DNA from: Arcobacteraceae bacterium
GTDB lineage: Bacteria; Campylobacterota; Campylobacteria; Campylobacterales; Arcobacteraceae
Length of the DNA: 64,000 nt
NCBI GenBank assembly: GCA_963662945.1
Contig: OY759974.1
Coordinates: 864,001 to 928,000, forward strand
Direction: 5' to 3'
The notes under the pieces are model-generated. The model had not been told where the DNA came from. It searched no databases and saw only the letters and a list, made by a program, of their open reading frames with translations. The position numbers were made by a program, and so were the translations under genes. Position 1 is the stretch's first letter. Each line of letters begins with the position of its first letter. Shown here in pieces: positions 21,396-31,838 of the stretch.

Positions 21396-22907
21396 TTAGA
21401 GAACAATTGTAAAGCAAGCACCACCATTTTGATTTGAAACATTTATGTCACCTGCTGATTTATCAATAATTTGTTTTGACATATAAAGTCCTATTCCTGT
21501 TCCTACACCTTCTGGTTTTGTGGTAAAGTTCGCTTCAAAAATATGTTCTATAACATTTTCAGGTATTCCACCAGCATTATCTAATATAGTGATACAATTT
21601 TTTTGACCAACTTTATCCAAAGTAATAATGATTTTTCTTTCTTTGATTTTATTTTCAACAAAAGCATCTTTAGCATTATTTAAGATATTTAAAATTACAT
21701 GTTTAAATTCATTTTCAACACCATTATAAATTAACTCTTGTTTCACATTGACTTCAACTTTTATAGTATGTTTTATCAATTCATCTTTTATAAGTAATAA
21801 TACACTATTAATACTCTCTTCTAGAAAAAACTCATGTTTCTCTTTATTTGGTCTCAAAAATGTTCTAAATTCATTTAAAGTGTTTGTCATATGTTCGATT
21901 TGAATATAAACTTTTTGTTGATACTCTTCTAAAACTTTTTTTGATAACTTATCATCAACAAGTTCATAAGTAAGAAAATCTGTATTTAATTGAATTAAAC
22001 TAATTGGTTGTTTCCATTGATGTGCAATAGCATCTATCATTTCACCCATAGAAGCCATTTTTGCTTGTTCATAAAGCACTTTATCTTTAAATCTCAGTTG
22101 TTCTATATGTTTTTTTAAGTCTCTAACAAGTATTAAAATAATCACAAAGAATACGATATAAGCAATCATCATAATATAAAACTTCTTTGTCATTCCACTT
22201 TGTTTTTTTTGAGATTCTTCCTCTAATATTTGAAAGCTTTCTTCAATAATAGTTGGTAAAATATGATTTGTTATTTTGGAAAATATTTTATGTAATTTTG
22301 GAATCTCATTATGTAATAACTTAATATGAATATATTGTAATTTATAAACACTGTTTTTTTCTTGATTATTTTGAAAAAACTCTAATAAGTCTTTTGAAAA
22401 AAGATACTCTTGATTAAAACTGTTTTTCATATCATTCAACTCAGTTACAATTTTTACATAATTATCAAAATAAAGTTTATTATCACTTTCTAAACTCGTT
22501 AACTTTTTATTTAAAATAGACATCGAGTTTTTAATTTTTGCATTAATCATTATAAACTGATTTGTTAAGTTTTTTAATTCAATTCTATGTTCTGAATATT
22601 TTTTTAAATTTTTATATACTCTTGGGTAATTTTTTTTTATTATTTCATCTTCTAGTAACATTTTATTGAAATCTTCATTTTTTTTATTATGTTTGACTAA
22701 AATGTCATTATTAAATTTTCCTGCAATTAAAGATTCTTTTAAAATATCTAAATGTGTTTTCCAACTATTATCTAAAATATACAGTTTTTTGATTGTTTGT
22801 AAATAATTTTGATGAAACTTATTGATTTGTGAATTAAAATCAACAGCAAGATATAGAACTCCAACAAGAAGTATTGTAATGGCTGTAAGTCTAAAATCTA
22901 TTTTCAT
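21396..22907 (-). CDS. Sensor histidine kinase with periplasmic (DAHL-like) domain
   Basis: 2 TM, AHQWKQP H-box, NAKDA, DNAGGI, GTGIGL. Confidence 0.9.
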   Translation of the reverse strand: MKIDFRLTAITILLVGVLYLAVDFNSQINKFHQNYLQTIKKLYILDNSWKTHLDILKESLIAGKFNNDILVKHNKKNEDFNKMLLEDEIIKKNYPRVYKNLKKYSEHRIELKNLTNQFIMINAKIKNSMSILNKKLTSLESDNKLYFDNYVKIVTELNDMKNSFNQEYLFSKDLLEFFQNNQEKNSVYKLQYIHIKLLHNEIPKLHKIFSKITNHILPTIIEESFQILEEESQKKQSGMTKKFYIMMIAYIVFFVIILILVRDLKKHIEQLRFKDKVLYEQAKMASMGEMIDAIAHQWKQPISLIQLNTDFLTYELVDDKLSKKVLEEYQQKVYIQIEHMTNTLNEFRTFLRPNKEKHEFFLEESINSVLLLIKDELIKHTIKVEVNVKQELIYNGVENEFKHVILNILNNAKDAFVENKIKERKIIITLDKVGQKNCITILDNAGGIPENVIEHIFEANFTTKPEGVGTGIGLYMSKQIIDKSAGDINVSNQNGGACFTIVL

Positions 22908-22923
22908 TTATATACCTTCTATA

Positions 22924-23835
22924 TTAGAGTGTCTCAGGTAAATCACCAGTAACAGTTTGCAAAAACTTTTCAATATAGTGAATCTCATCATTTGTTAAAA
23001 CAACTCCAATATTATAATAGCCCATTAACATGATTGCTTCTTTAAGTGTTTTGATATGTCCGCTATGAAAATATGGTGCAGTTTTTTCCACATTTCGTAA
23101 ACTAGGAACAATAAAAACATTTTTATCTTCAATCTGTCCTGTAACTTTATATCTATCTTCCCATTGAGTTACACTATCATTAAGATCAATAACCGTTCCA
23201 AATTTTTGATAAGAGTTACCTCCAAGATTAATTCCATTATGGCAAGAGGCACAACCATAAGAAACAAAAAGTTCCAATCCTTTTTGTTCTTCAGAAGATA
23301 GTTCCACTTCATGCCGAAGATATTTGTCAAATTTTGAATTTTTAGAAATAAGTGTATTTTGAAACTCCACAATAGCATCAATAACTAATTCAAAACTTGG
23401 TTTTTGATGATAAACTTCTTCAAAAAGAGTTAGATATTTTGGACTATTTTGTAATCTCTTTTCTATATCTTCTTTACTACTTGCCATTTCATGTTTATTA
23501 AAAAATGGACCATCTGTCATTTGTGCCTGCAAAGTTTCACTTCTTCCATTCCAAAAATAACCTATTTTATATGGTAAGTTAAAAACTGATGGTGTATTTA
23601 TAAACCCTCTTCTATTCTCTGTTCCTAAACTAAATTGTTTAGTATCTGCACCATAATGAAAATGACAAGAGTGACAAGAGATATCTCTATCTCTTGATAA
23701 TATAGGATCAAAAAAAAGAGTTTTTCCTAAACTTACTTTTGTACTATTGTAAGATATTTTTTGAGGTAAGGGGAGAAAAAGAACTTGTGAAAAGCTCAAA
23801 GTAATTACAAAAAATAAAAGTATGAAAACTTTCAC
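22924..23835 (-). CDS. Diheme cytochrome c peroxidase/MauG-family protein
   Basis: LGKTLFFDPILS, CHSCH, CASCH, PSLRNV..TAPYFH. Confidence 0.9.
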   Translation of the reverse strand: MKVFILLFFVITLSFSQVLFLPLPQKISYNSTKVSLGKTLFFDPILSRDRDISCHSCHFHYGADTKQFSLGTENRRGFINTPSVFNLPYKIGYFWNGRSETLQAQMTDGPFFNKHEMASSKEDIEKRLQNSPKYLTLFEEVYHQKPSFELVIDAIVEFQNTLISKNSKFDKYLRHEVELSSEEQKGLELFVSYGCASCHNGINLGGNSYQKFGTVIDLNDSVTQWEDRYKVTGQIEDKNVFIVPSLRNVEKTAPYFHSGHIKTLKEAIMLMGYYNIGVVLTNDEIHYIEKFLQTVTGDLPETL

Positions 23836-23862
23836 AACTTCTCCTTAAATTTTATTCAAGCT

Positions 23863-24759
23863 TTAAAAACTTCTATTTATCATATCGCCCATAATATTTT
23901 CTAAATCAGTGTTATTATAATCTTTGATAGCTTCAATTGCTTCTAGTCCTAATTTTTGAGCTTCTTTTACACTATCTGCTAAAGCATTTGTGTGTTGCAT
24001 GTTCTTTTTTATCCAAGCTATTTCTTCTTCATTTAACTCTTTTTTATACAATGATTTTAAATAGTTTTTATCTTCTATTCTTTCATGCAATAAAAGATAA
24101 GGAATTGTTACTTTTCCCTCTACAAAATCTAACATTGCAGGTTTCCCCAATGTTACACTATCTTGTGTAATATCTAAAATATCATCTATCATCTGAAAAG
24201 CTAATCCAAGGTTTTTCCCATAAAGAGCAAATGCATTTTCATCTTTTCCACTTAAAAGTGCTGCTGCTTTTGCACTAGCTTCTATTAAAGAAGCTGTTTT
24301 TTTATAAATCATATCAAAATATTTATCATAAGAGGTATTAAAAGAGTTTGTTAAATCTACATCCATCATCTCACCCACACTTAAAAGTGTTACAGCATTT
24401 GAGATAGTAAATGCAACTTTTTTGTCCATAGTAGTTAATTGTGTAAAAGCTTTTGAGTAAAGAATATCCCCAAACATTATAGAAGTTTTACTATCAAAGA
24501 GTGCATTTATAGAAGGCTTACCTCTTCTTGTATCTGCCTCATCTATTACATCATCGTGAAGAAGTGATGCTGATTGTATCATCTCTACTATAGCACAAAG
24601 TTTAATACTTTCTTCAGTTACTCCCGCAATTTTCAATATTAACTTACTTCGTAACATTTTACCTTCAGATAATAAATCAAGTAACTCTAAACTTTTTGCA
24701 TCCCCAATCTCTTCAACAAATGTTTGTATCTGTTCTTTAACTCTTAATAACGCTTCCAT
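23863..24759 (-). CDS. ispB: Polyprenyl diphosphate synthase
   Basis: LLHDDVID..TRRG, FQMIDDILD. Confidence 0.88.
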   Translation of the reverse strand: MEALLRVKEQIQTFVEEIGDAKSLELLDLLSEGKMLRSKLILKIAGVTEESIKLCAIVEMIQSASLLHDDVIDEADTRRGKPSINALFDSKTSIMFGDILYSKAFTQLTTMDKKVAFTISNAVTLLSVGEMMDVDLTNSFNTSYDKYFDMIYKKTASLIEASAKAAALLSGKDENAFALYGKNLGLAFQMIDDILDITQDSVTLGKPAMLDFVEGKVTIPYLLLHERIEDKNYLKSLYKKELNEEEIAWIKKNMQHTNALADSVKEAQKLGLEAIEAIKDYNNTDLENIMGDMINRSF

Positions 24760-24767
24760 ATTTTAAA

Positions 24768-25067
24768 CTAACTATCTAACCTACAAACTATTTCACCGGT
24801 CCAAGATACATAAGTACTTTTTTTATCTTCTTCCAATTGTATTGAATTTTCCAAAGCATATTGTTTTAACATATGTTCCAACTTTTCTTCCCCATAATGC
24901 TCAACTAAAAAGTTTTCCATAATTGTGAATTTTTGTACAAATTGATCAAATTGATCTTTTACTAAATCATCACTAGCTTGATTTGCTATATCCCAAAATT
25001 TTGATTTTGGAGTTCCACCAAAAATGTTTTCTTCATCTTCAAATAATGCATCATATTTACTCATCAT
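24768..25067 (-). CDS. DUF2018-family protein
   Basis: IFGGTPKSKFWDI motif typical of this Campylobacterota family. Confidence 0.7.
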   Translation of the reverse strand: MMSKYDALFEDEENIFGGTPKSKFWDIANQASDDLVKDQFDQFVQKFTIMENFLVEHYGEEKLEHMLKQYALENSIQLEEDKKSTYVSWTGEIVCRLDS

Positions 25068-25076
25068 ATTTTCCTT

Positions 25077-26369
25077 TTATTTATCTAATCTTACTCTAAC
25101 ACTTTGTGCGTGTGCAGTTAAACTTTCTGTATCTGCTAAAAGTGCACACTCTTTTCCAACTTCATTGATAGCTTTTTTACTAAAGCTTATGATAGAACTT
25201 TTTTTCATAAAGTTTTCTACATTTAATGGGCTATAAAATTTTGCTGTTCCACCTGTTGGAAGTGTATGGTTTGGTCCAGCTATATAATCGCCAATAGGCT
25301 CAGGTGTATTTTCACCTAAGAAAATAGCTCCTGCATGTTTAATACTTGGAAGTAATTCAAATGGATTTTGTGTCATAACCTCTAAATGCTCTGGGGCAAT
25401 CTCATTCATCAACTCAATAGCATATTCCATAGTATCAGTAATTATAATACAACCTCTCTCATCTATAGATTTTTTAGCTATTTCACTTCTACTTAAAACT
25501 TTTAAATAGTTATCAACTTCTACACTTGTTGCTTGTGCCACACTTTCATCAGTTGTAATCATAATAGAACTAGCCATCTCATCATGCTCTGCTTGAGAAA
25601 GTAAATCTATAGCTAAATAGTTTGGTTTTGCACTACTATCTGCTAATATTCCTATCTCAGATGGTCCAGCAATCATATCAATATTTACTTCACCAAATAC
25701 AAGTTTTTTAGCAGTTGCCACAAAAATATTTCCAGGTCCAGTAACAACATCCACTTTTTTTAGTGACTCTGTTCCATATGCCATAGCAGCAACAGCACTA
25801 GCACCACCAACTTTACAAACTGTTTTTATCCCACATAAATGACACGCTGCAAGAAGTAATTCATTTGGTTCATTATCAGGAGTTGGTGTACATACAACTA
25901 TCTCTTCAACTCCAGCCACAATTGCAGGAATTGCATTCATCAAAAGCGAACTAGGATATGCAGCTTTTCCACCTGGAATATAAAGCCCTGCTCTATCTAC
26001 TGGTGTTACTTTTTGCCCAAGTATAGTTCCATTGTCTTCAAAATCTAACCAAGATTTTGGAAGTTGTTTTTCATGGTATACTTTTATTCTATCGTACGCT
26101 AAATGAAGTGATTTTCTCAAATCATCACTTAAATTATTATATGCTTTTTCCATATCTTTTACATCTACAAAAAGCTCTTCATCATTTTTTGGTGTCCAAT
26201 TGTCAAATTTTGCAATATGTTCTTTAACTGCACTATTTCCATTTTGAACTATATCATCGATTATACCATTTACAATAGAACTTACTTTCTTGATATCAAC
26301 TTTAGCTCGACCTAAAATCTCTTCAAACTCTGCTTTAAAATTACTATCTTTTGTATTTATTATTTTCAT
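25077..26369 (-). CDS. hisD: Histidinol dehydrogenase
   Basis: IDMIAGPSE, LSQAEHD, APEHL, GPNHTLPT. Confidence 0.97.
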   Translation of the reverse strand: MKIINTKDSNFKAEFEEILGRAKVDIKKVSSIVNGIIDDIVQNGNSAVKEHIAKFDNWTPKNDEELFVDVKDMEKAYNNLSDDLRKSLHLAYDRIKVYHEKQLPKSWLDFEDNGTILGQKVTPVDRAGLYIPGGKAAYPSSLLMNAIPAIVAGVEEIVVCTPTPDNEPNELLLAACHLCGIKTVCKVGGASAVAAMAYGTESLKKVDVVTGPGNIFVATAKKLVFGEVNIDMIAGPSEIGILADSSAKPNYLAIDLLSQAEHDEMASSIMITTDESVAQATSVEVDNYLKVLSRSEIAKKSIDERGCIIITDTMEYAIELMNEIAPEHLEVMTQNPFELLPSIKHAGAIFLGENTPEPIGDYIAGPNHTLPTGGTAKFYSPLNVENFMKKSSIISFSKKAINEVGKECALLADTESLTAHAQSVRVRLDK

Positions 26370-26383
26370 TTTTCTCTTCTTTT

Positions 26384-26893
26384 CTAAATTGCTTTTAAAA
26401 TATTTTGCACTGCTTTTTGCTCATCAAAATCATTTACATCTATGATAATATCTGCAACTGCTTCATACTCTTTCACTCTTTGTTTATAAATCTCTTTTGC
26501 TTTATCTAAGTCTTCTAACAAAGGTCTTTTTTTGAATTTTGATTTTGAATTTGGTGCTTTTTTAAGTCTTTGAATTATACTTTCGAAACTTGCTTTTAAA
26601 TATATTACCTTACCGATTTTATGAATATTTTCTTGTCGATAAAATCCACCACCTGTTGAGATAATAGTACCTGTAAGATTTTGTTCACACCATAATGCAC
26701 ATTTTTTTTCTAAGCTCCTAAAATATGGTTCGCCTTGCTTAGCAAATATTTTCTTTATCTTTGTATTTTCCAAGCTCTCAATTAAATCATCAGTATCAAC
26801 TGCAAAATAATCACTTTGCGCAACTAATGCTCTAGCAATAGTTCCTTTACCAACACCCATAAAACCAATTAGTATAATATTCTCTTTACTCAT
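26384..26893 (-). CDS. aroK: Shikimate kinase
   Basis: IGFMGVGKGT, GEPYFRSLE, STGGG, RPLL. Confidence 0.93.
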   Translation of the reverse strand: MSKENIILIGFMGVGKGTIARALVAQSDYFAVDTDDLIESLENTKIKKIFAKQGEPYFRSLEKKCALWCEQNLTGTIISTGGGFYRQENIHKIGKVIYLKASFESIIQRLKKAPNSKSKFKKRPLLEDLDKAKEIYKQRVKEYEAVADIIIDVNDFDEQKAVQNILKAI

Positions 26894-26988
26894 AAGTATT
26901 ATTATATCTTCTAATTACTTAATTTATTTAGAGTTTAATTTGGGATTAGATATAATGGCAAAAATTTAGAATATAAAGAGATTTAAAT

Positions 26989-28269
26989 ATGGGTCAAACA
27001 ATAACAGAAAAAATATTTAGTGAACATGTAGGACATGATGTATTTGCGGGTGAAATCGTAAGAAGTCCTATTGATATGGTTATAGGAAATGATATAACTA
27101 CCCCTATATCTATAAAAGCATTTGAAGAGAGTGGTGCACAAAAGTTAGCAAATCCAGATGGATTTTCTATAGTACTTGACCATTTTATCCCTGCAAAAGA
27201 TATAGCTTCTGCAAATCAAGCAAAAATCAGTAGAGATTTTGCAGCAAAACACAACTTAAAAAACTTTTTTGATGAAAAAGATATGGGTATAGAACACGCA
27301 CTTTTACCAGAAAAAGGACTTGTGATCCCTGGTGATGTTATCATTGGTGCAGATAGTCACACATGTACACACGGTGCTCTTGGTGCATTTAGTACAGGAA
27401 TGGGTAGTACAGATTTAGCATTTGCTATGGTTACAGGTGGAAACTGGTTTAAAGTTCCTGAGTCTATTAAAGTAGTGTTTAGTGGAAAGCCAAGAGACTT
27501 TGTAACAGGAAAAGATTTGATCTTAGAAATTATTAGAATGATTGGTGTTGATGGTGCATTATATAAAACATTAGAATTTACAGGTGATACAATCCAATAC
27601 TTAACTATGGATGATAGATTTGCTTTATGTAATATGGCTATTGAAGCTGGTGCAAAATCTGGAATAGTAGCTTATGATGAGATTACAAAAGAATTTTTAG
27701 ATGGCAGAATTGAAGCAAATGGAAGTTTAAGAGCAGAACCAAAAATACATTATAGCGATGAAGATGCTAACTATTGTCAAGTTTTAGAAATAGATGTTGC
27801 TAACTTAGAACCAGTGATTGCATATCCTTTCTTACCAGAAAATGGACATAGTATTTCACAAGCTGTTGTAGATAACATTAGAGTTGATCAAGTATTTATA
27901 GGAAGCTGTACAAATGGAAGATTAAGTGACTTAAAAGTTGCAAGTGAAATTTTAAATGGTAAAAAGCTTGCATCACATGTTAGAATGATAGTAACACCAG
28001 GTACACAAAAGATATTAAGAGAAGCTACAAAACTAGGATATATAGATATTTTAGTGGATGCAGGAGCAGTTGTTTCTAATCCAACTTGTGGTGCCTGTCT
28101 TGGTGGATATATGGGTATTTTAGGAGATGGTGAAGTATGTATCTCTACAACAAATAGAAACTTTGTTGGAAGAATGGGAAGTAGAACCTCAAAAGTATAT
28201 CTTTCTAATAGTGCCGTTGCAGCAGCTAGTGCAATAAGTGGATATATTACAGATCCAGCTACAATATAA
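26989..28269 (+). CDS. leuC: 3-isopropylmalate dehydratase large subunit
   Basis: ADSHTCTHG, IGSCTNGR, CGACLG, TNRNFVGRMG. Confidence 0.93.
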   Translation: MGQTITEKIFSEHVGHDVFAGEIVRSPIDMVIGNDITTPISIKAFEESGAQKLANPDGFSIVLDHFIPAKDIASANQAKISRDFAAKHNLKNFFDEKDMGIEHALLPEKGLVIPGDVIIGADSHTCTHGALGAFSTGMGSTDLAFAMVTGGNWFKVPESIKVVFSGKPRDFVTGKDLILEIIRMIGVDGALYKTLEFTGDTIQYLTMDDRFALCNMAIEAGAKSGIVAYDEITKEFLDGRIEANGSLRAEPKIHYSDEDANYCQVLEIDVANLEPVIAYPFLPENGHSISQAVVDNIRVDQVFIGSCTNGRLSDLKVASEILNGKKLASHVRMIVTPGTQKILREATKLGYIDILVDAGAVVSNPTCGACLGGYMGILGDGEVCISTTNRNFVGRMGSRTSKVYLSNSAVAAASAISGYITDPATI

Positions 28270-28585
28270 TTAAAATAAATATTTATTTTTTTATAATTTA
28301 TACAATTAAATAGTACATATCTTATGTACTATTTATAATTGATTATTTAAAGTTTTAATTTATAATATTCTTATTTAAAATTACAAATTATTCTTTTTTC
28401 TCCTTTAAACACTATACTTTCAGTCAAGCCAAATATATTCTACTTAAAACAAAAAGTTATAATTATAAAACAAAACATAAGTTAAACTAATAAATAAAAT
28501 TATTTGAACCCCAGTCAATTTAAGTTATGTATTATTTTCTTTGTGTTAATCTTTCTCATAAATTTAATTTTACAAAAAGGAAACT

Positions 28586-30082
28586 ATGATGATTGAGAAT
28601 AGAAATGTTCAAAAAGACTTAGAGCAATTAGACGCTATATTAAAAGAGCAAGGTATCTCTAGAAGAGATGCGATGAAAATGATGGGAGTTGGTAGTTTAT
28701 CTGCACTTATGATGGGTACAGAAGCTGAAGCTGCTACAGTTGCTCAAGCAAGTGATGCAAAAGGTAAAATTGTAATTATTGGTGGTGGTTTATCAGGTAT
28801 GTCAACTGCTGCAAGACTTACAAATAGTTTATCAAATCCAGATATCACTGTTATTGAACCAAATGAAGTTTCTACAAGTTACCAACCAGGTCAAACACTA
28901 GTAGGTGCTGGTCTTTGGGATAAAAGTGAAATAGTTTATAAAAGAGATGATTTTGTTCCTGCAGGTACAAAAATAGTAAAAGAAAAAGTAACTGAAGTTG
29001 ATGCTGATAACAATACAGTAGTAACTGATAAAGGTACTAAAATTACTTATGATTTCTTAATTGTTGCAGCTGGTGTTAAACTTAACTATGGTGCAATTAA
29101 AGGTTTAGAAGAAGCTGGTGAAGCTTATGCAAATGGAGACAACTCACAATTAGTTAAAATTCTTGATTCTGTTGGTGCTTCATCAATCTATACAGCAGAT
29201 GGTGCAGAAGCAACATGGAAACATATGCAAAAATTTGTTGCAGATGCAAAATCAGGTAAAAAAGTAAAAGGTGTTTATACACATCCAAATACACCAATCA
29301 AATGTGGTGGTGCTCCTAAAAAGATTATGTACCTAACAAATGCAAGACTTGAGGAAGCTGGTGCTAGAGCAAATGCTGATTTACATTTCTATCCAAATGG
29401 TGGTTCAATGTTCGGTATTAAAGATTACCATGATGCAATCGTAAAACAATACGAAGCTAGAGGTATGAAATGGAGCTATAACCATAACTTAATCGAAGTT
29501 AAAAATGGAACAGCAATTTTTGATCATCACACTAAAAAACAAGGTGCTTTTGATAAAGATTTAGGTGAGTACGAAATGATTACAACTCATGAAAATGTTG
29601 AAGTACCATTTGATTTCTTACATATTACACCTCCAATGAAAGCTCCAGATGAAATCGGTAATTCTTCTGTTGGTTCAGGAAAAGGTTGGATTCCAGTAAA
29701 TAAAGAAACACTACAACACGTTAAATACAAAAATGTATTTGCATTAGGTGATATTGCTGCTGTTCCAATGGGAAAAACTGGTGGATCTGCTAGAAAACAA
29801 TACAAAGTTTTAGTTAACAATGTAATCTCTATGATGGAAAAAGGTGAAATACCTGCTTCTAATGCTAAGTACGATGGATACACAGTTTGTCCACTTATTA
29901 CAAGCATCGGTACTGTTATGTTAGCTGAGTTTAACTGGGAATCTAAAAAACTTGGAAGTGGTAAAAATGCAGCATTATTATCATTCTTAGATCCAACTCA
30001 AGAAAGATACATCTGGTGGTTATTAAAAGTTTACTTACTTAAACCAATGACTCAATACGGTATGTTATCTGGTAAAGCATAA
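28586..30082 (+). CDS. sqr: Tat-exported sulfide:quinone oxidoreductase (type II-like)
   Basis: SRRDAMK twin-Arg, IIGGG FAD motif, YQPG, KCGGAPKK and YDGYTVCP cysteine motifs. Confidence 0.82.
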   Translation: MMIENRNVQKDLEQLDAILKEQGISRRDAMKMMGVGSLSALMMGTEAEAATVAQASDAKGKIVIIGGGLSGMSTAARLTNSLSNPDITVIEPNEVSTSYQPGQTLVGAGLWDKSEIVYKRDDFVPAGTKIVKEKVTEVDADNNTVVTDKGTKITYDFLIVAAGVKLNYGAIKGLEEAGEAYANGDNSQLVKILDSVGASSIYTADGAEATWKHMQKFVADAKSGKKVKGVYTHPNTPIKCGGAPKKIMYLTNARLEEAGARANADLHFYPNGGSMFGIKDYHDAIVKQYEARGMKWSYNHNLIEVKNGTAIFDHHTKKQGAFDKDLGEYEMITTHENVEVPFDFLHITPPMKAPDEIGNSSVGSGKGWIPVNKETLQHVKYKNVFALGDIAAVPMGKTGGSARKQYKVLVNNVISMMEKGEIPASNAKYDGYTVCPLITSIGTVMLAEFNWESKKLGSGKNAALLSFLDPTQERYIWWLLKVYLLKPMTQYGMLSGKA

Positions 30083-30110
30083 TATTATCAACTAAATTTT
30101 AGTTAGATTT

Positions 30111-30143
30111 AAAGCCCTAAACTTCAAGGTTTAGGGCTTTTTT
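30111..30143 (+). terminator. Intrinsic terminator after sqr
   Basis: AAAGCCCTAAAC...GTTTAGGGCTTT followed by a T run. Confidence 0.75.
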
Positions 30144-30189
30144 ATTTATATTATATTACAATTCCAAAATTAATTTTAAGTGAGTTTAT

Positions 30190-30411
30190 ATGAAAAAAGA
30201 GATTATTATTTTTATAGGATTGTTTTTATTTTTAGCTATTGGTATGCATTTTAAACAATGGCTTGATCATCCAATTGATCATCTAATGAATATGCCACAT
30301 GGTGGAGCTTTTGGAGTACCAGGTATTATTCATCCATTTGTTTTTACATTTATATTATATTTTATTGTAAGATTTCCTGTTTTTATCAAAAAGCTTTTTT
30401 CTAAAAAGTAG
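30190..30411 (+). CDS. Small hypothetical membrane protein
   Basis: 73 aa, 2 TM, His-containing loop. Confidence 0.65.
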   Translation: MKKEIIIFIGLFLFLAIGMHFKQWLDHPIDHLMNMPHGGAFGVPGIIHPFVFTFILYFIVRFPVFIKKLFSKK

Positions 30412-31009
30412 TTTTTATTAACTCTTTTTTTACCCTTTCCACTTCATTTTGTAGGTGGGGTAAATCTAAGCTATTATCTATTACATAAGTAGCTAATATT
30501 TTTTTCTCTTCTATGTCCATTTGGTTATTGATTTTTACTTGTGCTTCATCGTATGTACAATTATCACGTTTCACTAATCTTTGAATTTGTATCTCTTTAG
30601 GTACATATACGACAATTGAAGTTCTTATGTCATAGTTTTGTTTTTCAAAAAAAAGAGGAATATCTATAAGGTATGGCTTTTTCTGTAATTCAAATACTTT
30701 TGCTTCTTTAATAATCTCTTCTTTAATTAAAGGATGGATAAAATTTTCTAAACGTTCTTTTTGAACTTCATCATTAAAAATCAAATTTCCAAGTTTTTTT
30801 CTCAATACTTTTTGATTTTCTATATATTCTTTTCCAAAAAGTTGTTCAATATCTTTATAATGGATATCTAAAAGTTTATGTGCAATTTTATCTGCATCAA
30901 TTGTTAAAAAACCATGTAGTTTAAAAAGTGATGCAACAGTACTTTTCCCTGTTGCAATTCCACCTGTAAGTGCTACGGCATGGGTAAATTCTTGATTATC
31001 TTTTGGCAA
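30401..31009 (-). CDS. coaE: Dephospho-CoA kinase
   Basis: ALTGGIATGKST, IDADKIAH, IHPLI, DIPLFFE. Start uncertain (TTG at 31009 chosen). Confidence 0.92.
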   Translation of the reverse strand: MPKDNQEFTHAVALTGGIATGKSTVASLFKLHGFLTIDADKIAHKLLDIHYKDIEQLFGKEYIENQKVLRKKLGNLIFNDEVQKERLENFIHPLIKEEIIKEAKVFELQKKPYLIDIPLFFEKQNYDIRTSIVVYVPKEIQIQRLVKRDNCTYDEAQVKINNQMDIEEKKILATYVIDNSLDLPHLQNEVERVKKELIKTTF

Positions 31010-31547
31010 TACCAGTAATCCCTTTAGTAATATATGTTGGATAAACAAAACAAGCATTATGTAATTCAGTATTATAATAGTTACACCCTTCTAATAAATC
31101 AGAAGTATGAAGTACAATCTCTGCTTGTGGATGATATTTTTTTGAAGCAAATATTAGAGTATTATGTCCAAAACTATATGGCATACATATCCAGAAATTT
31201 TTTCCTACTGTTTCTAACTCTTTTTTAGAAACTTCTAAATCTTTATATATAAAAGAAGCTTTTGTTACAAAAATACCTTTTGTTTGTTCTAAACATCTAT
31301 CAACTGATGCCATAAACATTTCATCAAAATTTTCCTCTTTATTATAAAGGATTATATCAAAAGTTCCTTCTATATTGAGATTATCAGTAAATATAACATC
31401 TTTACATTTGTGTTTGTCTAACTCTATTTTAAACTCAGGTGAAACTTCACCTACTACTAATATTTTATTTATATATTTATGAGAACATAAAGGCACATGT
31501 ACCATCATCTCATCATAAGCAAAGTTTTTGTTATCGCAGTTTGCCAT
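30996..31547 (-). CDS. Short spermidine-synthase-like protein
   Basis: YDEMMVHVPLCSH..KILVVG, FASKKYHP, YYNTELHNACF. Confidence 0.75.
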   Translation of the reverse strand: MANCDNKNFAYDEMMVHVPLCSHKYINKILVVGEVSPEFKIELDKHKCKDVIFTDNLNIEGTFDIILYNKEENFDEMFMASVDRCLEQTKGIFVTKASFIYKDLEVSKKELETVGKNFWICMPYSFGHNTLIFASKKYHPQAEIVLHTSDLLEGCNYYNTELHNACFVYPTYITKGITGIAKR

Positions 31548-31634
31548 TTTGTATAAGCCTTTTAAATTAATTTTAGGTATAATACCAAAAAAATTTTAAA
31601 CTCAAATAACTTGGGTATATTAAAGGTAAAAATT

Positions 31635-31838
31635 ATGAATGTATATGAGAAGATACGAAATTTTTGTAGAAAATTTCGAATTACAGTTGGTTTAATAGCT
31701 ATTGCAATAGCTATATTATTTAGCAATCCTTGGTGGTATTTAGGAATAATTCCTCTTATTGCTGGATTAGCTGATTTCTGTCCAATTTGTATCATATCTA
31801 AAAAATGTGATTTACCTAAAGATGGGAAAGAAGCATAA
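31635..31838 (+). CDS. DUF2892 membrane protein
   Basis: RITVG...LGIIPLIAGLADFCP; ATG at 31635 after AAGGT. Confidence 0.75.
   Translation: MNVYEKIRNFCRKFRITVGLIAIAIAILFSNPWWYLGIIPLIAGLADFCPICIISKKCDLPKDGKEA

Noticed and set aside
26989-28269. leuC without leuD as an anomaly
   Set aside because: Dispersed amino-acid biosynthesis genes are common in this phylum, and leuD may lie elsewhere.
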